From: Rebecca billardiae RCC1528
Taxonomy: Eukaryota; Protista; Haptophyta
Length of the DNA stretch: 64,000 nt
Assembly: GCA_965240325.2 (NCBI GenBank)
Contig: OZ251249.1
Coordinates: forward strand, 434,001-498,000
Reading direction: 5' to 3'
Below, piece after piece: positions 50,762 to 63,972 of the stretch (position 1 is its first letter; each line of letters begins with the position of its first letter). The notes below the pieces were generated by a model that saw only the letters and a list, made by a program, of their open reading frames with translations, was not told the DNA's origin and ran no database searches. Made by a program: the position numbers and the translations under genes.

Positions 50762-51437
50762 TACCGTACTGATGCGGCCCTCGGATCTGTCATCTGTGCC
50801 GCGGGCACACGGCCCGCCCGGACCGCCCGAGTCGCGGGCGACAAGCCTGCTGCGCGGGGCAGGATCGCCTATCGAATAATAACCTGGCCATCAGCTGCGC
50901 GGCGACCGTCGGGCGCGGCGACAGCCAGCCGCCAGGCAGTGTGCGGCCGCGTGTCATACCGGCGCGTGTATGCCACTATATGATATGTACTAGCTGCATG
51001 CTGACGATGCCTGCTACTGCAGCGCCGTGTGACCTGGCTGCTGGTGTGCCCAACTCCAGCCTGTCGGGCTCATCCGGACTCGCCGGACTCTACGGCCGCT
51101 GGGCGCGGATCACTCACTACTCAGTCACAGACACAGTGGCATCACGCGGGCCCAGGGGGCGGCAGGGTGGGCAGAGTGGCATATGCAGCTCAGTCAGAAT
51201 GTGACGACGTTTAATAACTGCTGTTGAGACCCCTGTCGTATATATATATAATTCGTCTGGCGGAAGGAGGCCGAGTCCGTATTCGGGAATGCATCAGCGA
51301 CTACTGGCACAGACGACACAGCGAGCAGCCGGGCCGGCCGCTCAGTGACCGCGGGACGCGCGCGCCGACACACGCTCCGCCCGTGCTCAGGGCAGCGCAG
51401 CCCCGCCACGCGCGCGCGCGGGCCGCAGCTCAGCCAG

Positions 51438-54400
51438 TCATACCGCCGGCTCGTCCGCGCCCGCGCCCGCGCCGCCGCCGCGGGGCGAGGCGGTGCGCGC
51501 CGGGCTGCTCGACGCGCCCGCGCCCGCCGCGCCGGCAGCGCCGGTGGACGAGCCGGCGCCGACGGCGGAGAGCGCCAGCGCCGGCGGTGCGTCGTACGCG
51601 CCGCCGGCGGCGCAGCTGCCCCCGCCGGAGTCGTGCACGGCGGCGCTCGGGCTCGGGTGTTCGCCCACGCCGTCCGCCGTGGCGCCGATGAGCGGCACGC
51701 GCGCGTCTGCGGAGCCGGAGAGCCGCTGGCCTTGGTTCTGCAGGAAGGAGCTGCGTGCCTCCGCGCGCCGCCGGCCGACGCTGCTGAGCATCGCGCCGCC
51801 GACGAGGGTGATCAGGCCCGCGGTCGCGCCGCCCGCGAGCACCACGCCGTACTCGTGCCACCACGGGGACGCGGAGCTGAGTGCACTCGCGTCGGCGGCG
51901 CTCGCGTCCGCGTCGCTGTCGTCGTCCGTGCCCGAGTCGTCGGCGGCGCCGTCACCGTCGTCGGTGCCGTCGGCGGCACCGCCGTCCGGCGCGGGCGGCA
52001 GCACGGCGGACGGCACGCTGGGCTCCTCGCCCAGCGGCTGCGGGAAGCGGTCGTACCCGACCTGCTGCAGCCACCACACCGGGTAGCGGAACGGGCCCTG
52101 CGCCCAAACGCGCGAGCGCGGGCGCGGGCGCGGTAGTGGCGGGCGTGGGCACGCGCTGCGCGCGCTGATCGCGCGCGGCGCTGGGCGCGCGCACGCGCAC
52201 CTCCATCGCGACGCCGGGCGCGACGATGGTGTTCTGGTAGCCGTTGCGGTTGAGCACCATCAGCTCGCCGAAGAGCGCGTTCCAGCGCGCGACGCCCGCC
52301 GCCCAGTGCTGCGAGAGGCGCGCGCACGCCTCGCGCGCCGCGGCCGCGCCCACGGGCGGCACGGGCATGGTCACCGACTCGGCGACGGCGATCGCGGCGA
52401 CGGTGGCGGCGGCCAACGACTCACGCTTCGGCTCGCCCGCGCGCGGCGGCACCCCGGAGTCTTCGATCGGCAGCGGCACCGACGGCGCGTCGGCCGCGGG
52501 GTCGTCGTCCGAGCCGCCCGTCGCCAGCAGCCCCTCGAGCTCCGCGCCGAGCGCGCGCGCGTCCGCCTCCCAGGCGAGCTGGGCGTCCCGCACCGCGGGG
52601 CGCATCAGCCGGAAGTTGAGGTCCATCAGGTACTTGACGGCGTTGACGGCCCACCACGCCGAGCCCTGCGGGTCGAACGACGCCTCGTTCGTCGACGCGA
52701 GCTCGGCGGGCACGAAGTCGAGCGCGGGCAGCAGCGGGCTGAAGAAGGACGCGTGCGGCGTGTCAGCGCCAAACCACACGACCGTCTCGCCGCCAGAGCC
52801 GCGCGGCGCGGAGGAGGCGAGCTCGGTGCGGGCGAAGGGGCGCATCAGCGCGGCGAGGGAGCTGCTCTGCGGCGGCGCGGCGGCGAGGCTCGAGCTGCGC
52901 AGCACGCCCGAGCCCTCGGCGGTGCCGTTGGGCGCCGCGCGCCACGTCGCGTTGGCCGGCGCGCGCGTGTCGGCGCGGGCGGTGCCGTTGCCGAGCGCGC
53001 GCGCGGCCTCGGGCATCGGCGGCGCGGGCGGTGCCGGGGGCGGCGCCGAGGGCGTGGCCGTGGCCGGCGCGGGCGGCGAGGGCGAGCTCGAGTCCTGGTC
53101 GACCACCTCGCGCGGCCGGCCCGCCACGTTGACGAACACCCAGAGCGAGCGGTGCATCGAGATGGCGCGCTCCCACGCGCCCTGTGGCGGCAGCCGCGCC
53201 ACGGAGGGAGGCAACGACCACGGAGGCAACGACCACGCGGCGCGGCGGCGCGCGCGCGGGACGGTGCGTGAGGGGCACGCGTGCGCGCGGCGTGCTGCCG
53301 CGGCGCGGGCGGGCGGCGGGCGCGGCGTGGCACGCACCGCCATCGAGCCGGGCGGCGCGCCCGAGTAGCGGTTGGGCGTGCCGAACGGGCCGGCGGCCAG
53401 CCCGCGCGTGAGGTCGTAGGCTGCGCGCGGCGCGCGGCGCGGACGCGCGCGGCGGTGATGGTCACGGCGCGCGCGCGCGTGCGGCGGGCGCGAGGGCGTG
53501 CGCCGAGCCCGTGGGGCGCGCCGCTCGCGCGTGCGCGCGCGCACGTGTGCCCTCGTAGTAGTCGCGGTGTACCTCGATCAGCGTGCGCACGCCCACCTTC
53601 TTCTCGGGCCGCACGGCAAACGGGTACTTTGGCTCGGCGGCAACGTGCCCCGCGCTCGGGTCGAGGTGCAGCGAGGGCGCGAGCAGGTCGAAGACGCGCC
53701 ACATCCGCCGCCCGGTGTAGTAGCGGTTCACCTGGTGGGGTGCGGTCGACGGCGGTGGCGAGGGTCAGAGGGCGGCGGGCGGTGGGCACGGAGACCGTAG
53801 CGTGGCGGGCGGCAAGCGCGCGTGCGCTCTCACGGCCCCGCGCGTCCGCGGGGCGCACCCGCCACACCCCCGCCACACCCCCGCCACGCGCCATCCCCTC
53901 TTCCTCTCTGGTCCGCCTCGCAGCCTGCCCGCCAGCGCCGCGACCGTACGCGTCCGTCCGCGCGCACGCACCTGCTGCGCGGTCGTGTCCTCCGGCGTGT
54001 ACGCGAACGCGGCGGTGAAGTCAAAGTCCAGAGGGTCCGGGCCGTCCACCGCCGGGTTGTACCGCTCGATCAAGCCGGCGCGCTCGGCGACCGCGCGCGC
54101 GTTGACGGAGCGCATGCAGTCGGGGCTGCGCCCGCGCCCGCCGGCCGGCACGGCCGGATCGGCCGCGGCGCGCACGCCCTTTCCGTGCGCGCCCGCCTCG
54201 TGCGCCACCTCGTGCGCCGCCGCGTGCTTGGGCGGCCGCTCCGCCTCGGGCACCCCCGCCACCACGGCGGGCGCGCACCGGCGGATGATGAAGTTGTTCG
54301 CCACGACGGCGACCTGCGCGCACCACGGCGCGCGCGGGGGGGCGGGGGGGCGCGCGTCACGTCCCCACCCACCGCGCCGCGCCCGCTGCGCCCTCCCGCG

Positions 54401-55403
54401 CGCGCTGCTGCGCCCACCTGGTCGTCGGGCACGCGCTGCGCCGCCCACACGGCCGAGACGCCCGTGTCGTCGGGCGAGACGTGGAAGACCCACGCCTCGC
54501 CCGAGCGGTCGGCGAGGACGAGGGACTCGCCGCCCTCCGAGTTCTCGAGCCCGCCCCACTTGTCCGACTCCGCGCTGCCCATCGGCGCGCCGTTGCGCCC
54601 GTACTGCCCGCCCCACAGCGCGGCGCCGCCATAGAAGCCGTGCCGCACCGCCATCTCGCCCATCGTGCGCGCGGCGCAGCGCGCGGTCGCGCAGCGCTCG
54701 AGCGCGACGCGGGAGAGCTCGTCGATGCCGAAGAGCGCGCTGCCGTTGCGCAGCCGGCCCGACTCGTCCGGCTGCACGTGCCCGCGCGGCAGACTCGTCA
54801 GCTTCGTCGCGCACGTGCTCTCGCCCATCACGAGGCCCGCCTCGTTCGCCACGCCGTAGTCGGTGTCGTGGTAGCCGTACGTGTGCGAGACCTGCGCGAT
54901 GTGGCCGAGCGGCGTGTACAGCGCGGGGTCGAGCTCCAGACCCGCCGGCAGCTGCGCCGAGCCGTACTCCAGCGCGCGCTCCGGCGCGAACAGCCGCGGG
55001 AACGTGCCGACCGAGAGGTAGACGGGCCGCTTGGAGCCGGGCGGGTGGTCGCGCGCGCGCACGCGGACCATGCGCAGGTCGGCGGCGCCGCCCGAGTCGT
55101 CGGAGTGCGTCACCATCGCAGATCCGGTGGCGGACGCGTCACGCCCCACCGCAATCGTCGTGCACGCGCGCGCGGGGCGCTGCGGCGGCGGCAGCGGGCG
55201 CGGCGCCGCACGGTCGAGCGCGCGCGCGCGCGGGCCGCGCGTCAGCGGGCGGGGCGGGCGCGGCGCCGGCACGCGCGCGCGCATGCGGTGCGCGAGGACG
55301 ACCCGCTCCACCCGATCGGCGGCGCGGCGCGGCACGGCGCGCCCACCGTCAGCCCGGCGGCCGCCGCGAGCGCGCATGCGAGGAGCACGCGCCGGGTCGG
55401 CAT
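51438..55403 (-). CDS. Peptidase family C69 (dipeptidase A/secernin-like) with signal peptide and C-terminal TM helix, multi-exon
   Basis: MPTRRVLLACALAAAAG signal; CTTIAVGRDASATGSAMVTHSDD N-terminal nucleophile Cys; ANEAGLVMGESTC; GEAWVFH; WAAQRVPDD; YTGRRMWR; GLAAGPFGTPNR; WERAISMHR; SAWWA. Confidence 0.9.
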
Positions 55404-55686
55404 TGCTTGATGACGACGAGCAGCGCTCGTGGCGAAAGCTTTTGACTCATTCTATGATTTAACGACACAGGTAGGACGGCGCAGGTCTCCTGATTCGTCG
55501 TCGGCAGTGCCCGATCGTCGACACGAAGTCGGCGCTGGTGGCAGAGCATAGCCTGAACCGCGATCGAATGGCTTGAGCGCGGCCTTGAGCTGCTGGAGCG
55601 CGATCCACCTGCGCTGCGCGGCTCGCATGGACCTGCTGTGCCCCGAGCGAGGGCGAGGGTGCAGGTCCGGATGTCAGACGGCCGTC

Positions 55687-56300
55687 TCAGCCGCTGGGCC
55701 CTGGCGGGTGATCCGGCGGTGATGTAGTCGTCCCCGTGTGCCCTGCGCGGCCGCGTGCGCGCTTGCCGCTCTGCTCAGCTGGCTTGCTGGCGGCGGCTGG
55801 CGCTGCTGCGGCGTGCAGGGTACGCTTTGCCCCCGACTGCTGCGCATCCTCGTCGTCCGAGTCGTCGTCCATGGACGAGTCTCGGTCCGCGTGGGGGACA
55901 GCAGCTGGAGCAGGCGCAGGTGCTGCGGGCAGAGAGGCCGCCAGCCGCGCCGCCTTGCGCTCCTGGCGTTTCTCGACGGCGCGCCGCGACGAGGTGCGGC
56001 GGCTCGATGGAGATCGAATCCGCCTGCCTTGCGCGTCACGCCGAGGCCCGCGCTTCCCGCGCCGAGGCTTCTTCTTCCGCTTCTGAGAGTGCTGCTGCTC
56101 GCCGTTTGCAGCCTGCACTCCAGTACCCGAGCCCTGCGCGGCGAGCGCGCGCGCCGGCGGAGCCGACTTGCGCGCTCGGCGCGGGGCGGGATGCAGGGGA
56201 GCTTTAGAAGGCGCGCCACCACCTCCCTCGCGCCGCTGGCTGCCACCAGCGGGGGTTCCCTGTGGAGAAGCATCAGGCCCTTGTGCATCAGGCGGACGCA
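55687..56300 (-). other. Low-complexity basic/acidic ORF fragment (possible TE ORF1/gag-like relic)
   Basis: QKRKKKPRRGKR..DDDSDDED open frame with no recognisable domain, lying in a TE island. Confidence 0.25.
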
Positions 56301-56494
56301 CAGACACCGTCAGACGGACACTCCCATCTGGGCGTTCTGCTGCGTGCCGTTTCGTTCGGATTCCCTCTCGCACACGCCACGCAGCGCGCGTGCGGGTTGG
56401 GCCGGTTGGCTCTCCAGCTCGGTTGATCACAGTCCTCGTCCTCAGTCGAAGGAATACAGGCAACGGCCCTTGATACAGGGGTCTCAACAATATA

Positions 56495-59400
56495 CAGGGT
56501 CCCCAACAATTGTTCGGACACTGATTTTTGCTGACTACGGCTGCTAACGATGAGATGGGCCAGAGGCTCGCATGAGCGCCATGGACCTTACTCCTCGGAT
56601 GACGACAGGGTGTGGGTGCAGCGAGCGGCGCGCTCAGCGTGTGGCCAGGGCTGGCTTGGATGTACAGCTCAACCGACTAGCGGTTGGCTCTGAACAGGTC
56701 CACGGAGCCCCCGCGGGTGGCATGCCTGCTAAAATTCGTATCTGGCGCACGGTTGCATTTGGCGGCGGGCGGGTTGGTGCGCGCACTGGTGGGTCTCCAG
56801 CGTTCGCTGCGGGTAGTGGCGCCGACTGTAGCCCTTGCCTGCACGGCCAGAGCCGATCGATGGGCTGTGCAGCAGCTGTGCAAGCGAGGTGCGCAACTGG
56901 TAGGCTGGTCCGATCGAGCCGTATATACTCCTGGTGTAGCGCTACGTCCGGGCTTGCCCAGGGCTGTCGAGCGCATGCCGCATAGTCATCGACCATGCCA
57001 CGTAATAATATCTGCGCGGCCTTGAGCGGGCTTGCTGGCTACAGACATGCGCAGAAGCCACACGGCTGCTTCACGGCCCTCACGACCAGCCTTGTGCCGA
57101 CTGTCCGCATGACCCAGAGGGGTGCTCCACGCGGGCTGCCCGGCTATGCGCGGTCGCAGACAGACCTAGTGGGGTGCACACGAGCCGAGCTGGCCGCTCC
57201 TGACCCCGCGCGAGGCAGCCACAGGCCGTACGCTGAGCTGCTGCCCAAAGTGTCCAGTTTAATGTTGGAGACCCTGAAGGTATCTCGGCGACGAGCGTAG
57301 CTCCGTAGCTGCCACTGGCAGAATCTGCGGAGTATATTTCAAATAGACACCCAGCAGTTCGGGTTGTCGACGAGACCCACCTCATATTTATTGACAGCAG
57401 CCTTGGTGGTCATCCGGCGAGACACATTCGGCACGCGTCACTCCCTCGACTAGCGTGTGGAGGCAGGGCAGTGGCACTGGGCCACCTGGTCACGTGTTTG
57501 CGAGGACGCTGGTCTCATCGCGCCAACGCGTCAGCAGCTGCTCGCAGGAGCACCACAGTGGTCCGTACCAGCGCGTGCCCGCCGTGCTGACCTGCGCGCC
57601 GGCGCGCCGCGGCCGGCAGGCATTGCTTTCGACGTTACTGAGCGATTCGAACCGTTATTCGGGTACTGCTGTCTGATGCCCGGCCGATTCCGTGCGGATC
57701 TTCGGCAGCCATGCCCGCGTGCAGGAGCGGCTGGCGCGGCGGCGCGCGGCCGGATGGGCGCGCGGCGGGGCCGCGCCGACCCGCCGCACCCGCATGCAGC
57801 GCGCGCGGCGCGCGTGGGGAGCTTCTGGGAGCAGCCGACCCACCCCATCCTCTCCCGACCAGCTCCACGGCAAGCAGCTGGCGGCTCACGGTTGGGTGAG
57901 GCTGACGCCTGAGTCAGCCCGCGTGCAGGAGCGGCTGGCGCGGCGGCGCGCGGCCGGATGGGTGCGCGGCGGGGCCGCGCCGACCCGCCGCACCCGTATG
58001 CAGCGCGCGCGGCGCGCGTGGAGAGCTTCTGGGAGCAGCCGACCCACCCCATCATCTCCCGACCAGCTCCACGGCAAGCAGCGGCGGTTGGGTGAGGCTG
58101 GCGCTCGGTCAGCCCGCGTGCAGGAGCGGCTGGCGCGGCGGCGTGCGGCCGGATGGGCGCGCGCCGGGGCCGCGCCAGCCCACCGTGCCCGCGCGCGCCG
58201 CCGTCGAGCTCGCGCGGCCTCTGAGAAGCCGTCGTCTTCAGCTCCCTGGCTGACAGTCACTCAACATGCGGCAGGCGAGTGTGCACACAGGGTCCCCAAC
58301 AATTGTTCGGACACTGATTTTTGCTGACTACGGCTGCTAACGATGAGATGGGCCAGAGGCTCGCATGAGCGCCATGGACCTTACTCCTCGGATGACGACA
58401 GGGTGTGGGTGCAGCGAGCGGCGCGCTCAGCGTGTGGCCAGGGCTGGCTTGGATGTACAGCTCAACCGACTAGCGGTTGGCTCTGAACAGGTCCACGGAG
58501 CCCCCGCGGGTGGCATGCCTGCTAAAATTCGTATCTGGCGCACGGTTGCATTTGGCGGCGGGCGGGTTGGTGCGCGCACTGGTGGGTCTCCAGCGTTCGC
58601 TGCGGGTAGTGGCGCCGACTGTAGCCCTTGCCTGCACGGCCAGAGCCGATCGATGGGCTGTGCAGCAGCTGTGCAAGCGAGGTGCGCAACTGGTAGGCTG
58701 CAGTCCGATCGAGCCGTATATACTCCTGGTGTAGCGCTACGTCCGGGCTTGCCCAGGGCTGTCGAGCGCATGCCGCATAGTCATCGACCATGCCACGTAA
58801 TAATATCTGCGCGGCCTTGAGCGGGCTTGCTGGCTACAGACATGCGCAGAAGCCACACGGCTGCTTCACGGCCCTCACGACCAGCCTTGTGCCGACTGTC
58901 CGCATGACCCAGAGGGGTGCTCCACGCGGGCTGCCCGGCTATGCGCGGTCGCAGACAGACCTAGTGGGGTGCACACGAGCCGAGCTGGCCGCTCCTGACC
59001 CCGCGCGAGGCAGCCACAGGCCGTACGCTGAGCTGCTGCCCAAAGTGTCCAGTTTAATGTTGGAGACCCTGAAGGTATCTCGGCGACGAGCGTAGCTCCG
59101 TAGCTGCCACTGGCAGAATCTGCGGAGTATATTTCAAATAGACACCCAGCAGTTCGGGTTGTCGACGAGACCCACCTCATATTTATTGACAGCAGCCTTG
59201 GTGGTCATCCGGCGAGACACATTCGGCACGCGTCACTCCCTCGACTAGCGTGTGGAGGCAGGGCAGTGGCACTGGGCCACCTGGTCACGTGTTTGCGAGG
59301 ACGCTGGTCTCATCGCGCCAACGCGTCAGCAGCTGCTCGCAGGAGCACCACAGTGGTCCGTACCAGCGCGTGCCCGCCGTGCTGACCTGCGCGCCGGCGC

Positions 59401-60866
59401 GCCGCGGCCGGCAGGCATTGCTTTCGACGTTACTGAGCGATTCGAACCGTTATTCGGGTACTGCTGTCTGATGCCCGGCCGATTCCGTGCGGATCTTCGG
59501 CAGCCATGCCCGCGTGCAGGAGCGGCTGGCGCGGCGGCGCGCGGCCGGATGGGCGCGCGGCGGGGCCGCGCCGACCCGCCGCACCCGCATGCAGCGCGCG
59601 CGGCGCGCGTGGGGAGCTTCTGGGAGCAGCCGACCCACCCCATCCTCTCCCGACCAGCTCCACGGCAAGCAGCTGGCGGCTCACGGTTGGGTGAGGCTGA
59701 CGCCTGAGTCAGCCCGCGTGCAGGAGCGGCTGGCGCGGCGGCGCGCGGCCGGATGGGTGCGCGGCGGGGCCGCGCCGACCCGCCGCACCCGTATGCAGCG
59801 CGCGCGGCGCGCGTGGAGAGCTTCTGGGAGCAGCCGACCCACCCCATCATCTCCCGACCAGCTCCACGGCAAGCAGCGGCGGTTGGGTGAGGCTGGCGCT
59901 CGGTCAGCCCGCGTGCAGGAGCGGCTGGCGCGGCGGCGTGCGGCCGGATGGGCGCGCGCCGGGGCCGCGCCAGCCCACCGTGCCCGCGCGCGCCGCCGTC
60001 GAGCTCGCGCGGCCTCTGAGAAGCCGTCGTCTTCAGCTCCCTGGCTGACAGTCACTCAACATGCGGCAGGCGAGTGTGCACACAGGGTCCCCAACAATTG
60101 TTCGGACACTGATTTTTGCTGACTACGGCTGCTAACGATGAGATGGGCCAGAGGCTCGCATGAGCGCCATGGACCTTACTCCTCGGATGACGACAGGGTG
60201 TGGGTGCAGCGAGCGGCGCGCTCAGCGTGTGGCCAGGGCTGGCTTGGATGTACAGCTCAACCGACTAGCGGTTGGCTCTGAACAGGTCCACGGAGCCCCC
60301 GCGGGTGGCATGCCTGCTAAAATTCGTATCTGGCGCACGGTTGCATTTGGCGGCGGGCGGGTTGGTGCGCGCACTGGTGGGTCTCCAGCGTTCGCTGCGG
60401 GTAGTGGCGCCGACTGTAGCCCTTGCCTGCACGGCCAGAGCCGATCGATGGGCTGTGCAGCAGCTGTGCAAGCGAGGTGCGCAACTGGTAGGCTGCAGTC
60501 CGATCGAGCCGTATATACTCCTGGTGTAGCGCTACGTCCGGGCTTGCCCAGGGCTGTCGAGCGCATGCCGCATAGTCATCGACCATGCCACGTAATAATA
60601 TCTGCGCGGCCTTGAGCGGGCTTGCTGGCTACAGACATGCGCAGAAGCCACACGGCTGCTTCACGGCCCTCACGACCAGCCTTGTGCCGACTGTCCGCAT
60701 GACCCAGAGGGGTGCTCCACGCGGGCTGCCCGGCTATGCGCGGTCGCAGACAGACCTAGTGGGGTGCACACGAGCCGAGCTGGCCGCTCCTGACCCCGCG
60801 CGAGGCAGCCACAGGCCGTACGCTGAGCTGCTGCCCAAAGTGTCCAGTTTAATGTTGGAGACCCTG
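56495..60866 (+). mobile_element. Tandem composite: three mariner-derived MITEs (56495-57276, 58288-59071, 60083-60866) separated by two identical 1011-bp spacers
   Basis: Each unit has TIRs cagggtccccaacaattgttcggacact / agtgtccagtttaatgttggagaccctg. TA occurs only at 56493-56494 and 60867-60868. Relic WARGSH..DLTP.DDDRVW resembles the ITm WPxxSPDLNPxDxxW motif. Confidence 0.85.
57712..58175. repeat. ~200-bp tandem subrepeat (about 2.3 copies) inside the spacer; same at 59507-59970
   Basis: gcccgcgtgcaggagcggctggcgcggcggcg.. repeated three times. Confidence 0.9.
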
Positions 60867-60872
60867 TATTAA

Positions 60873-62942
60873 GGCAGGCCCCTTATAACGGGGGTGGACT
60901 CCATTTTTAACTTTGCGACGGCGCGAAAAGGGAAAGAGAGAGGGAGGAAGAGGGAGGAAGAAGGGGGAGAAGAGGGAGGGAAAAAGAGGGAGAAAGGAAA
61001 GAGAGAGGGAGGAATTGGAGGATGTGAATATGCGGTTATCACTCTCACGCGGGCCGCACCGGCGGTCGGCGGAGGTGTCACTCACCGTCAGCCCACGCCA
61101 CAACGGTACTTACCGCGCGCCTCACCGCAGTCACCGCTGCTTACCACTGCTACGCCAGCACAGTCCCTGCGGCCTGCCTGATTAGTGATTGCGCGCGCGC
61201 CCACGCCCACGCGGCACACGGCCACGCACCCGGCCACACCTGCCACACGCACTGTCAGCAGTGTGAGTGGGGCGGTGCGCGCGGCCAGGCACACGCGCCG
61301 GCCACGGCCGCAACCTCGCGCGACGGCCACTGCTGTGGCGCCACTGCTGCGGCGCCGCACGCGGGTGCTGCTCCGCGCGCGCGGCTCTCTCCCCCTCCGC
61401 CGCGATGATACACACCGCGCGCAGCACGCGTCGCTGCGCCCGTGCGCCGTGGGCACACATAATCCAGGTTGAGCGTCGCCGAGGTGTTGGCGAGGAGCGC
61501 CGCCGCCAGCGCAGTCATCGGCTGTAACACTCGACCCACCGCCACCAGCCGCATCGCTTGGACTGGCACCGTCATGGCGACAGACGGCGTGAGGGGGCGA
61601 TGCAGGCGGGTTGCTGTAAGCGACAGCGTCCCGGCCGCGCTCCGCTCACGCAGTGCCATCCGCTGCGCCATTAGCACAGCGACTCACGCCGCACTGCCAG
61701 CATGCACTGCCCTGTCCTGAGACTTAGAACTTGCATTGGCTGCTGACATCGGCAGTGCCATCACTGTCACTGCCAAACTGTCGAGAGGTGCACATGAAGC
61801 AGCGGCTCCGGCCGTGACGCGCGGCCCTCTAATCTCTATCCGTACTTCTGAGTAAATTTGACTGAGTATGATTCTATCAGTGAGTCTGGAGCGTGCTCAC
61901 ACTCGAGTCTCGATGCTGCCGGCGCTGCGGCGCAGTCGCCAGTCGGCGCCGTGCCATGTGGCACATGATGCCGATCAGCCGATCAGAAGCTGAAGCGTGA
62001 TGACGACGATAACACGGCGCCGGCAAAGCAGGACTTGAGAGCACTGCAGCACTCTGCACTGCTACGTCGCGACGACAATGAGATGGAGAACAACTACGCA
62101 GGTGAGCGCCAAATGGCAGCAGCAGCTGACGGTGCGCAGCAGCCGATTGCGTTTCGCCGTTATGCCCAGGCAGCATATCCCGGCGGGGCGTTGTGATGTT
62201 GAGATGATTGACCTCGTTGAAGCGCGCTCGGCCGCACCTCGACCACCGCACAACGATGCAGATTGGCGGCGTGAGCGTAGCAGTGGCCACAAGATCGCTC
62301 GCAGCTTCAGGCGACCCACACACGGCGAGCTCGATGCAAGACGTGAAATGTATGCGAGAGTGGCGAGCGCTCGCCTGACTCGCGAAGACGCCAGACGATG
62401 GGGGTGTCGGAACACCCGAATCATCGTCACCCGCCCGTGCGAGAGCGCGCGCTGCGACCCGGCCGCGTGGCCACTGCGAGGAGCGGATGGAGGAGACGAT
62501 CCTGCCATCGGAAAGGGTTGAGCAGAGCTCCCTGCTCACGATGCATCGCATCGCATCGGGATATCAAGCCGCTGGAACGCCCGCAGGCCGCGGAACCCGC
62601 ACGAGCGTGGCTGACGAAAGACATGATGCGTTGACGCGTCGTGCCACAACCGGGCCGCGAGGGCCGGTGCGCTTCGCGAACCGTCGCAACTTTCGTCCAT
62701 ATCTGGAGACTGGTGTTTGGTATGAGCGAGCGGCTTCTCTATTGAACCCAGTGCCACCTCTATTCGAACCCAGTGCCACCTCTAAGTGACCCAGTGCCAC
62801 CCTTCTATGAACCCAGTGCCACTTCTTCTATGATGACATATGGGGACCCAGTGCCACTGCTACCCGCCTGGCACTGGGTTTGCTATTGATTTTCATATTG
62901 GTAACCCAGTGCCACCCACCCCCGGCACTAAGAAGGCCTGCC
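60873..62942. mobile_element. TIR element with GGCAGGCC ends (PIF/Harbinger-like by TWA context) and acccagtgccac subterminal repeats
   Basis: taa|ggcaggcc..ctta..cgggggtgg versus ccacccccg..taag..ggcctgcc|tat. Multiple acccagtgccac copies at 62745-62915; decayed ORFs inside. Confidence 0.5.
60926..61021 (+). repeat. Polypurine (GA-rich) tract
   Basis: About 90 nt of almost pure A/G. Confidence 0.9.
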
Positions 62943-62949
62943 TATATTA

Positions 62950-63972
62950 GGCAGGCCCCTATATTAAACAGCGGGGGCCTAGCGGCCTTTTCCCGGTGGG
63001 GCTGGTCGAACACAGCGCGTCTAGGACGCGACGGAGAAGCTTGCCAGGGCCGGCAGACCCGACGACGATGAGACGAGTTGGCCGTTCAGCGCTGACTAAC
63101 GGTATCATCCGGGCTGCCGCGTCTTCGCGCGTCGCGTGTGCGATTTAGCCATTAGCCAGGTGCGGCAGCGTGGCTCTCCCAGTTCTGCAAGGCCCACCGA
63201 GGCGCCAGCGAGGCGCGCGTCGATGCAGTCGTCGCTGCGCACGGCCGCTCGGGCACGGCGGCACGGCAACGGCACGCACCGATCACGCCGTGCGTGCGCG
63301 CGTCGGCCATCGACGCGTGGTAGTCGTGCAGCAACTGCAGTCCGCACGTCGTGCGCGCTGCTGCCGCCGGACGCCCAGATGGCGCGCGACCGCGTCGGTC
63401 GCGGCGGCCTCGCGCGCCGCGCGCGGTTCGGCTCGACGCGCGGCGTGACCCTCGCGGCGCTCCGCGTTGCGCGCCTCGTCCACGCCGTTCAGCGTGCTCG
63501 CCAGCCGCGCTGCGCGAGGCACGCGTCGAGCGCTGCCGGCGTCTCGCAGTTTGGGTGCGAGGCCGCGGGCGCGCGCGCGCCGGGGCGCGTGGCCTCGTGC
63601 GGTGCACGGCGAGGCGCGCCAGGTCCGTACCGTTACCGTATTGTATAGGCGGTATGAACTGGGTAAGACGGTAGCTAAGATCGCCGCCAGATTTGTGGGA
63701 ATCGCAACGACATCTCCATGCGGCGCGCGCAAAAATTAACCACATGCGCTTCGATTCCCGAGGCGTGCCCTAATTGGCGCAAAAATTAACCAAGTGCGTT
63801 CTCGATTCCCGAGGCGTGCCTAATCAAAAAACGTTTGAGGCCCCATTGTTCGTATTCCTACTCCGGTATTACTTGGGACAGCAGTAGGTGACACACAATT
63901 AAAGGGGGTCGGAGCTGGGTCTCCCAGGGCTTTGTCACGAATTAAAATTGTTTAAAGCTGTGTTCACCAGAA
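62950..63972. mobile_element. Dispersed repeat copy 2, starting with a GGCAGGCC terminus; 350-bp internal deletion relative to copy 1
   Basis: tta|ggcaggcccc then sequence matching 49301-50657, missing 49960-50309. Confidence 0.75.

Noticed and set aside
56495-60866. CRISPR-like array or true LTR retrotransposon
   Set aside because: Spacers are identical and ~1 kb. Units end CAG..CTG with TIRs rather than TG..CA, and there is no gag/pol, PBS or PPT.
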